Shown here piece by piece: positions 1 to 6,367 of a DNA stretch of 33,409 nucleotides. Under the pieces are notes generated by a model, which worked only from the letters and a program-made list of their open reading frames with translations, was not told where the DNA came from and ran no database searches. Source of the stretch: Caldilineae bacterium (GTDB taxonomy: Bacteria; Chloroflexota; Anaerolineae; J102); assembly GCA_011176555.1 (NCBI GenBank), contig DUEF01000001.1, positions 8,652 to 42,060 on the forward strand. Direction: 5' to 3'. The translations under genes and the position numbers were made by a program. Within the stretch, counting starts at the first letter, position 1. The number at the start of each line of letters is the position of its first letter.

Positions 1-1
1 C

Positions 2-637
2 GTGGCCATCCAGGCCCTGGCCGCGGTGCTGGGCGGCACGCAGAGCCTGCACACCAACAGCATGGACGAAGCGTTGGCGCTGCCCAGCGAGAAGGCCGTC
101 ACCATCGCCCTGCGCACCCAGCAAATCATCGCCCACGAATCGGGCGTGACCAACACCATCGATCCCCTGGCCGGCTCTTTTTATCTGGAGCAACTGACCG
201 ATCAGATGGAGGAGCAGGCCAACGCGTACTTCGAGCAGATCAAGGCCTTTGGCGGCGTTGTCCCGGCCATCGAGGCGGGCTTTTTCCAGAAAGAGATCGC
301 CGAGGCCGCGTATCGCTACCAATACGAGATCGACACCCGCCAGCGCACCGTCGTCGGCGTGAACGAGTACGTGGCCGACGAGCCCCTCGAGATCCCCCTG
401 TTGGAGATGGATCCCGCGGGTTACGACCGCCAGGTGGCCCGGTTGGAGCGCTTGCGGGCGGAGCGAGACAACGGTCGGGTGCAGAAAACGCTGGCCGAGC
501 TAGCCGACGCGGCCCGTGGCGATGACAACCTGATGCCGCCCATCATCGAAGCGGTGCGCGCCTACGCCACCCTGGGCGAGATCACCGATGTGTTCCGCCA
601 GGTTTTTGGCGAATATCACGAGCCGGTTTATTTTTAA
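2..637 (+). CDS. methylmalonyl-CoA mutase family large (catalytic) subunit, C-terminal part; 5' end outside window
   Basis: The frame is open from the window edge to TAA at 635-637. The translation ([15 protein letters not shown]..., IIAHESGV..., [10 protein letters not shown]...) looks like the conserved end of acyl-CoA mutase catalytic domains. A separate B12-binding subunit and MeaB follow. Confidence 0.85.
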   Translation: MAIQALAAVLGGTQSLHTNSMDEALALPSEKAVTIALRTQQIIAHESGVTNTIDPLAGSFYLEQLTDQMEEQANAYFEQIKAFGGVVPAIEAGFFQKEIAEAAYRYQYEIDTRQRTVVGVNEYVADEPLEIPLLEMDPAGYDRQVARLERLRAERDNGRVQKTLAELADAARGDDNLMPPIIEAVRAYATLGEITDVFRQVFGEYHEPVYF

Positions 638-641
638 TGTA

Positions 642-745
642 GAGACCGGGAAACCGGTACACCGGTAAACCAGGAAACCGGAAAACCAGTAGCCCAGGAA
701 ACCGATCTCCCGGTCTACCGGTCTACGGGTTTCCCCGCCTACCGA
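642..745. repeat. tandem array of about 13 imperfect 8-nt units with CCGG/CCAG in fixed phase (gaaaccgg-type units first, tctaccgg-type units later)
   Basis: Read directly in 8-nt register: gagaccgg gaaaccgg tacaccgg taaaccag gaaaccgg aaaaccag tagcccag gaaaccga tctcccgg tctaccgg tctacggg tttccccg cctaccga. Flanked by the 8-bp inverted repeat aatgtaga (636-643) / tctacatt (746-753). Confidence 0.8.
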
Positions 746-771
746 TCTACATTTCTCCAAGGAATTCCGCT

Positions 772-1167
772 ATGCCAGACCGAAAAATCCGAGTGCTTGT
801 CGCCAAACCGGGCCTCGATGGCCACGACCGGGGCGCAAAAGTGGTCGCTCGCGCTTTGCGCGATGCCGGTTACGAGGTCATCTACACCGGCATCCGCCAA
901 ACGCCTGACATGATCGCCGAGGCCGCCCTGCAAGAGGATGTCGATGTCGTCGGCCTGTCCATTCTTTCGGGAGCGCACATGGCCCTGGTTCCAAAAGTGC
1001 TGGAGTCATTGCAGGCGGCGGGGATGGAAGACGTCATTGTCCTTCTCGGCGGCATCATTCCCGATGAAGACATCGCCAAACTCAATGAGATGGGCGTCAA
1101 AGGCATTTTCGGCCCCGGCACGGCCACCCAGGAAATCGTTGGTTTCATCGAGGCGGAGATGGCGTGA
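772..1167 (+). CDS. methylmalonyl-CoA mutase small subunit (cobalamin-binding domain)
   Basis: 131 aa with the B12-binding DxHxxG motif ([11 protein letters not shown]) and Rossmann-like layout ([21 protein letters not shown]). Sits directly after the large subunit. Confidence 0.9.
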   Translation: MPDRKIRVLVAKPGLDGHDRGAKVVARALRDAGYEVIYTGIRQTPDMIAEAALQEDVDVVGLSILSGAHMALVPKVLESLQAAGMEDVIVLLGGIIPDEDIAKLNEMGVKGIFGPGTATQEIVGFIEAEMA

Positions 1168-1169
1168 AA

Positions 1170-1233
1170 CGTATTGCGTGTTCCGTGTTCCGTTTTCTTG
1201 GTCATACGCATCACGCACCATGCACCACGCACC
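1170..1233. repeat. two blocks of four 7-nt tandem units in opposite polarity (CGTnTTn x4, then ACGCAyC-type x4)
   Basis: cgtattg cgtgttc cgtgttc cgttttc (1170-1197), spacer ttggtcat, then acgcatc acgcacc atgcacc acgcacc (1206-1233). Lies between the mutase small-subunit stop and the meaB ATG. Confidence 0.75.
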
Positions 1234-1239
1234 ACCATC

Positions 1240-2268
1240 ATGTCTTCATCCCGCTTGAACTCCGTCGATGGATTGGTTTCCGCCCTGCTCGCGGGCAACC
1301 GCCGGGCCCTGGCCCGCACCATCAGCCATATCGAGAATAACAGCGACTTCGCCCGACCGTTGTTGGCTGCACTCTACCCTCGCGCTGGCTCCGCCCACAT
1401 CCTCGGTATCACGGGCGCGCCTGGCACAGGCAAATCCACGCTGGTCAATGGCCTGGCCCGGGCATACCGGCAACGAGGACTCACGGTCGGCATCATCGCC
1501 GTCGATCCCACCAGTCCCTTCAGCGGCGGGGCGTTGCTCGGCGACCGGGTGCGAATGCGCGACCTGGCGGGCGATCCCGGCGTTTTCATCCGCTCGATGG
1601 CCACGCGCGGCAGCCTGGGCGGCCTGGCGCAGGCCACCGCCGATGTCGTTATGACTCTGGACGCCGCCGGATTCGACCGCATCGTCATCGAGACGGTGGG
1701 GGTGGGACAGAGTGAGGTCGAGATCGCGAGCACGGCGCACACCACGGTGGTGGTGGAAGCGCCGGGTCTGGGCGACGAGGTGCAGGCCATCAAGGCGGGC
1801 ATCCTGGAGATCGCCGACATCTTCGCTGTCAACAAAGCGGATCGGGATGGCGCTGACCGCACCGTGATGGCTCTGAAAATGATGCTCAACCTGGGTGCGC
1901 CTGAAAAACATCATGTCATGCACCATGGCCGATTGCTGCCGGTGGAGATGCCGGAACACGCTTCCGACCATGTGGCCTGGATGCCGCCCATCGTCAAAAC
2001 CATCGCCACGCAGCAACAGGGCATTGTCGAACTGCTCGACGCGGTGGAGGCGCACCGGCTGTATCTGGCGCAGAGCGGCGATCGCCAACTGCGCGAACAA
2101 CTCAGAGCCATCACATCGCTGCGCATAATCTTGCGCGATGCCCTGTTGGAGCAATTGCTCGAAGACGCCGGATCGAAAAGAATCAACCAAGTCGTTCAAG
2201 ATGTGGTGACCCGCCAGCGCGATCCCTACACCGCGGCCCGTCAGCTCATCGACCACTTTTGTTCCTAA
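1240..2268 (+). CDS. meaB: methylmalonyl-CoA mutase-associated G-protein chaperone MeaB/ArgK
   Basis: P-loop GAPGTGKST, DPTSPFSGGALLGDR, ETVGVGQSE and an NKAD guanine-specificity motif. I chose the ATG at 1240 because the longer ORF (from 1174) translates the heptamer repeats. Confidence 0.9.
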   Translation: MSSSRLNSVDGLVSALLAGNRRALARTISHIENNSDFARPLLAALYPRAGSAHILGITGAPGTGKSTLVNGLARAYRQRGLTVGIIAVDPTSPFSGGALLGDRVRMRDLAGDPGVFIRSMATRGSLGGLAQATADVVMTLDAAGFDRIVIETVGVGQSEVEIASTAHTTVVVEAPGLGDEVQAIKAGILEIADIFAVNKADRDGADRTVMALKMMLNLGAPEKHHVMHHGRLLPVEMPEHASDHVAWMPPIVKTIATQQQGIVELLDAVEAHRLYLAQSGDRQLREQLRAITSLRIILRDALLEQLLEDAGSKRINQVVQDVVTRQRDPYTAARQLIDHFCS

Positions 2269-2285
2269 GCCCAGGAGAGATTAAC

Positions 2286-3254
2286 GTGTCAGAAGGTCTT
2301 TATGGCGAAATTGAAGTCATCAGCGGTACGAGCAATCCTGCGCTCACCGCCGAAATCTGTGACTATTTGCGCGTCGTTCCCGCCCAGATCACGGTCAAGA
2401 AATTCGCCAATCAGAACATTTTCGTGCGCCTGGAGCAGAGCATCCGTGGCAAAGATGTGTTTCTGATTCAACCCTTTGGCCAGCCTGTCAACGACATGGT
2501 GATGGAACTGCTGATCACCATCGACGCCTTGCGTCGCGACAGCGCCGGGCGCATCACCGCGGTCGTGCCCTATTACGCCTATGGCCGCACCGACAAGAAG
2601 GACCAGCCGCGCGTACCCATCACCGCCCGCCTGTTGGCCGACCTCATCACCGTCGCCGGGGCCGACCGTTTTTTGACGGTTGATCTGCACGCAGGCCAGA
2701 TTCAGGGCTTTTTCACCATCCCCACCGATGAACTGATTGCCCGCCCTATCCTGGCTCATTACATTCGTGAACAGAATCTACATGCGAACGCCGTCGTGGT
2801 TTCGCCAGACATCGGAGGCGTGCGCCGCGCCCGCCATTTCGCCGAGACGCTGCAACTGCCGTTGGCTATCATCGAAAAACGCCGGTCACTGGAAGGGGAG
2901 CGCACCAAGATATTCAATCTCATCGGTGATGCCGCGGGACGCCGGTGTTTTTTGATCGATGATGAAATCGATACGGCTGGAACCATCAGCAGCGCCGCCG
3001 CTTTTCTCAAGGAACATGGCGCTGAGGACGTGCTTGCCGTGGCCACGCATCCTGTTTTCTCCGAACCCGCCGCCGACCGCCTGGCCGCGTCGCCCATTAG
3101 CAAGGTCGTCGTCACCAACACGCTGCCCATCGCCCCGGATGTCCACGAGAGGTTGGGCGAGAAACTGGTCGTGTTGAGTGTCGCATCGTTGCTGGGCGAA
3201 ACCATCCACCGCATTCACCAGGGCCTGAGCGTCGGCGCAATTTTCCGGGAATAA
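2286..3254 (+). CDS. prs: ribose-phosphate pyrophosphokinase
   Basis: Motifs NQNIFVRLEQSIRGKDVFLIQ, YYAYGRTDKKD, DLHAGQIQGFF and the PRPP loop FLIDDEIDTAGT. GTG at 2286 lies 6 nt after GGAGAG; the ORF track starts earlier, at a TTG at 2259. Confidence 0.9.
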   Translation: MSEGLYGEIEVISGTSNPALTAEICDYLRVVPAQITVKKFANQNIFVRLEQSIRGKDVFLIQPFGQPVNDMVMELLITIDALRRDSAGRITAVVPYYAYGRTDKKDQPRVPITARLLADLITVAGADRFLTVDLHAGQIQGFFTIPTDELIARPILAHYIREQNLHANAVVVSPDIGGVRRARHFAETLQLPLAIIEKRRSLEGERTKIFNLIGDAAGRRCFLIDDEIDTAGTISSAAAFLKEHGAEDVLAVATHPVFSEPAADRLAASPISKVVVTNTLPIAPDVHERLGEKLVVLSVASLLGETIHRIHQGLSVGAIFRE

Positions 3255-3257
3255 AAA

Positions 3258-4373
3258 ATGATCGGATTGAAATCCATACATCGTCTCACACAAACACTTT
3301 TCTTCGGCTTCATATTCGCTACACTTCTGCTGACATCCACCAAAACAGTCACTCAGACGCAATCGCCCGGCGTCATCCTTGGCCCGTGGCGAGAAACAGC
3401 GCCCTTTGCCGACGGGAGCCACCGCTCCCACCCTCTTCCTTCCTTTGCTGTGGGGTCCAACTTCTATGTCCACACCCAAACCGACAGCGGGAATGATCGT
3501 ATCGTCTATTTCGCCAGGCAACGCATGGATGGGAGCTTGACACCGTGGGCGATTGCGCTGCAAGACCATGGCGGAGGCCCTCATGGCTATACCGCTGTGG
3601 CAACTGAAAACACAGCTTATCACTTTCGGAACGGTCACATTGGGAGATATGTCATAGAGCAGGGGACGGGATTGATTTCAGGGATTCGATTATTAGAGAA
3701 TCCAGCAATTCATAAGCCCTTTTCCGGAGCCAAATACATGTGGGACACCGCAGTCTATGTTCCCGCCGCCACCGGACATGCGTACATTTATCATCTGGGC
3801 GGATTTGATATGACGTCCTATAGCTACGACCTTGATGATATGCATCGCACATCCGCACCGATTGCACAAGAAAACGCCTATTTCCAGAAATTGGAAGGGA
3901 TCGTCACCCCTACCAAGAACCCAAACAAGGCTGCATTTTACAAAAAGCCAGATTCGAGTGGCGAAGGCTACATCTACATGGGGGATCGTTTGTCATCCAA
4001 GATCTACCGGATTCATATCAAAGAAAACATGGCGCAAGCGTCTGAATCGTGGCTCGACAGCGGCGATCTCCCCGAGGGGAATGGCAACCATCTTGGTGAC
4101 ATGTTTGTGATACGAGACAGTTTGTTTGTCATCCGCGGCTCAAAGGTGTTCAGAGCGATCATTAACGCAAGGAATGGCAGCCTGTCGGCTTGGGACGACT
4201 CGCCGCCCGATCTGCCCGAGGCGCAAATCGACATCAACTGGCACTGGGCCAACACGGAAGGAGCAAGCTATGGCATCATAGGCGATTATGTTTACGTCAC
4301 CGGGCCCCAAAAAGTCTATTTCGCAAAAATCAGTGAGCCGATCTATCAGATTTTTCTGACACGTATTCAGTGA
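3258..4373 (+). CDS. hypothetical secreted or membrane-anchored protein with blade-like repeats (possible beta-propeller)
   Basis: 371-aa ORF with an N-terminal hydrophobic segment (TLFFGFIFATLLLTS). A pattern recurs about six times: hydrophobic strand, G, then h-Y-x-A-x-I...G-S-L-x-x-W (for example IVYFARQRMDGSLTPW, KVFRAIINARNGSLSAW, KVYFAKISEP). Codon usage is visibly more A/T-rich than the neighbours (ATA, ACA, TTA, AAA). Confidence 0.6.
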   Translation: MIGLKSIHRLTQTLFFGFIFATLLLTSTKTVTQTQSPGVILGPWRETAPFADGSHRSHPLPSFAVGSNFYVHTQTDSGNDRIVYFARQRMDGSLTPWAIALQDHGGGPHGYTAVATENTAYHFRNGHIGRYVIEQGTGLISGIRLLENPAIHKPFSGAKYMWDTAVYVPAATGHAYIYHLGGFDMTSYSYDLDDMHRTSAPIAQENAYFQKLEGIVTPTKNPNKAAFYKKPDSSGEGYIYMGDRLSSKIYRIHIKENMAQASESWLDSGDLPEGNGNHLGDMFVIRDSLFVIRGSKVFRAIINARNGSLSAWDDSPPDLPEAQIDINWHWANTEGASYGIIGDYVYVTGPQKVYFAKISEPIYQIFLTRIQ

Positions 4374-4397
4374 GAACGACTATCTTCCCCCACCACT

Positions 4398-4922
4398 TCA
4401 CTGTTGATGTCTGCTCACCCGCTTTATCCTCGCATTCATATCCAGCCGGAGGCGCTGGCTCGTTCGCCCGGCCATGTTTCCGGGCATTTTGCTAACCCCG
4501 CCCGTGCAATGTCCGACGTCCTCACGCAGATTGGGGATTTGCCAAAGCCACTGTCCGAACGCTGGCTTGCTACGTCTCGAGGGCATATCGTGCTCAATCA
4601 CCAGCAGCACGGCTTCGTCTCCGGCGATAGCCTGTTCCGTCAGCGCATTTTGGTGGATGTCGCCTGGCTCAAACTTGCATTTATTGCGGATGCTGTGCGC
4701 TTTTTGACGCCGGTCGGGCGCCTCGTCGTCAACATCGTGGGGTGGGGACAGGCGCCAGAGGTCGAACCAGCGTTGAAAGGTTGGGAACAGTTCGTTGGCG
4801 GGGTTCAGGGTTGTTTCCGGGCGGGATATGGCATCAGCCTGGAGGCGCAGCAAGATGTCGGGGTCTATGTGGCTGAGGGAATCGCCCACTTTCTCGTAGA
4901 CAGGCGAAGCCTGAATCGCCAC
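4398..4922 (-). CDS. hypothetical protein; alternative B of two mutually exclusive antisense ORFs
   Basis: 174-codon ORF, codon-aligned antisense to 4404-4982. Third-position GC is higher (about 70% by hand count) and the composition is acidic and Pro-rich, which looks natural. Against it: a GTG start without an SD, 3 ATA and 2 AGA codons, and no terminator in the 25-nt convergent gap. Confidence 0.3.
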   Translation of the reverse strand: MAIQASPVYEKVGDSLSHIDPDILLRLQADAISRPETTLNPANELFPTFQRWFDLWRLSPPHDVDDEAPDRRQKAHSIRNKCKFEPGDIHQNALTEQAIAGDEAVLLVIEHDMPSRRSKPAFGQWLWQIPNLREDVGHCTGGVSKMPGNMAGRTSQRLRLDMNARIKRVSRHQQ

Positions 4923-4982
4923 GATCCGCGCCTGGAAAAACTTCTCGCCGCCACACTTTTTGATCCGGCCGCATATCGATAA
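4407..4982 (+). CDS. hypothetical protein; alternative A of two mutually exclusive antisense ORFs
   Basis: 192-codon ORF on the same strand as the upstream gene, 31 nt downstream of it. A 9-bp hairpin begins 5 nt after its stop. It has no ATA or AGA codons. GC at the third codon position is only about 62% by hand count. Confidence 0.3.
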   Translation: MSAHPLYPRIHIQPEALARSPGHVSGHFANPARAMSDVLTQIGDLPKPLSERWLATSRGHIVLNHQQHGFVSGDSLFRQRILVDVAWLKLAFIADAVRFLTPVGRLVVNIVGWGQAPEVEPALKGWEQFVGGVQGCFRAGYGISLEAQQDVGVYVAEGIAHFLVDRRSLNRHDPRLEKLLAATLFDPAAYR

Positions 4983-4986
4983 TCCC

Positions 4987-5009
4987 GGCCTTAAGATTCG
5001 CTTAAGGCC
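4987..5009 (+). terminator. 9-bp perfect hairpin ggccttaag-attcg-cttaaggcc; weak terminator candidate
   Basis: Perfect inverted repeat read directly. It is followed by ttcataagtaaaat, which is only moderately U-rich. Confidence 0.3.
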
Positions 5010-5127
5010 TTCATAAGTAAAATACCATTGAGTCGAGCGATCCTTTCGCTATACTGGGATGTGAAGTAACTACTCATGCCACCATGAAGGTTTGCCAAAC
5101 ACCCAACCAAGCGACAGAAAATTTCAC

Positions 5128-5331
5128 ATGCTCGTAGATTCAATCCATCAACCTTACCGAACTGGCGCCCCGGCCAGCCGCCCCCCAAAACAAGTTCTCG
5201 TCATTAGCGCCACAGAGCGCGAAACCAATACGATCCTGACAACGCTCAGTGCACGTCAGCGAACCGAGGCGCTGCTGGTTGCGGCCAACATCGTCAGAAA
5301 CATGTTCACCAACCCAATCCTTCACGATTAA
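5128..5331 (+). CDS. small hypothetical protein (67 aa from the ATG; TTG at 5092 is an alternative start)
   Basis: The ORF lies downstream of a plausible promoter: TTGAGT (5028-5033), 16 nt, TATACT (5050-5055). No recognisable motif. Confidence 0.25.
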   Translation: MLVDSIHQPYRTGAPASRPPKQVLVISATERETNTILTTLSARQRTEALLVAANIVRNMFTNPILHD

Positions 5332-5369
5332 TGATCGGCGCTAGGGCGACATGATGTTTTCGGGCGGGG

Positions 5370-6338
5370 TCAACCTTCCACCAAACGCTCCGCCCGAATT
5401 TCGCGGCGAATACCGGTCTCGGCGCGGATAACCAGGGAATGCGTCCAGGCGCGACCACTGTGATACAGCACGCCATCCAACAAAGGGCCGTCGGTGATGC
5501 CGGTGGCGGCGAAGAATATCTCATCGCTCTGCACCAGATCGTCACAGGTCAAAACGCGATTCAGATCCAGACCCGCTTGCATGATTTTTTCGTGTTCTTG
5601 TTTTGACTGCGGAGCAATGCGCACTAACATGGCTCCGCCCAGGGCCTTGACGGCGCAGGCGGCGGTGACGCCTTCAGCGACGCCGCCAATCCCCATGAGC
5701 ACATCGACATTGTTGCCAGGCGTGGCCGCAAGAATGGCTCCGGCAATATCTCCCTCGTCGTTGAGGGCCACGCGTGCGCCAGCCATGCGAATTTCCGCGA
5801 TTAAGTCGGCGTGGCGCGGACGGTCGAGTATGAAAACAATTAGATCCCGGATCTCTTTCTGCTTGACGCGGGCAATAAGCGCCAGCGTCCAGGCAGCGGG
5901 AGCATCGAGACATTCGGGAACCAAGGCGCTGGCCACTTCCCGATCCACCACGATTTTTTCCATGTAGATGGCCGGAGAAGGGGACCACAGAGAGCCGCGT
6001 GGCGCCACCCCCACCACGGAGATGGCGCCAGGACGCCCCTCGATCAACAACTGAGTGCCATCAATGGGATCGATAACGACGTCCATTTCCGGCCCATTTT
6101 TGTTGCCGACGTGGTTGCCGCTATCAAAAGGGGATTGCCCTCCGTGTCTTCCTTCTTCGCCAATGACGATCACGCCATCCATATCGATTGTTTCCAGGGC
6201 CGCGAGCATGGCGTTGACGGCGCTTTGATCGGCTTCCTTGCGGTTGCCCAATCCCATCCAGCGCCCGGCGGCGACGGCGGCCTCTTCAGTCACCCTTACA
6301 AGGCCAAAGCCCATGTTGCGTTCTGGAATTTCGTGCAT
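5370..6338 (-). CDS. glpX: class II fructose-1,6-bisphosphatase (GlpX type)
   Basis: Motifs RVTEEAAVAAGRWMG, VVIDPIDGT, GIGGVAEGV and FFAATGITDG. The ATG at 6338 is preceded by GGAG with a 9-nt spacer; the ORF track starts at a TTG at 6353. Confidence 0.9.
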   Translation of the reverse strand: MHEIPERNMGFGLVRVTEEAAVAAGRWMGLGNRKEADQSAVNAMLAALETIDMDGVIVIGEEGRHGGQSPFDSGNHVGNKNGPEMDVVIDPIDGTQLLIEGRPGAISVVGVAPRGSLWSPSPAIYMEKIVVDREVASALVPECLDAPAAWTLALIARVKQKEIRDLIVFILDRPRHADLIAEIRMAGARVALNDEGDIAGAILAATPGNNVDVLMGIGGVAEGVTAACAVKALGGAMLVRIAPQSKQEHEKIMQAGLDLNRVLTCDDLVQSDEIFFAATGITDGPLLDGVLYHSGRAWTHSLVIRAETGIRREIRAERLVEG

Positions 6339-6367
6339 GGTAAATTTCTCCAAAAATAATCAGTGAT

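Noticed and set aside
500-760. 86-aa minus-strand ORF spanning the mutase intergenic region
   Set aside because: It is produced by reading through the 8-nt tandem array and the 3' end of the mutase gene. The repetitive GF(L/P)V peptide has no start context.
637-772. Possible cobalamin riboswitch between the mutase subunits (GGGAAACCGGT resembles part of the B12-element core)
   Set aside because: There is no B12 box (GCCACTG-like) and no matching helices. The sequence is better explained as an octamer tandem repeat, and it lies inside an operon rather than in a 5' UTR.
642-1233. Short tandem arrays as a CRISPR array
   Set aside because: The units are 7-8 nt, contiguous, and have no spacers. 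There are no cas genes in the window.
1246-2256. 336-aa minus-strand ORF antisense to meaB
   Set aside because: It is a shadow ORF typical of high-GC coding regions, with an Arg/Gly/Ala/His-rich implausible translation. The plus strand carries clear P-loop and NKAD motifs.
5059-5127. Tiny upstream ORFs (ATG-TGA at 5059; a 17-codon ORF MKVCQTPNQATENFTCS) before the small ORF at 5128
   Set aside because: They are too short and lack an SD or any conservation evidence. They are mentioned only as possible noise within a putative 5' UTR.
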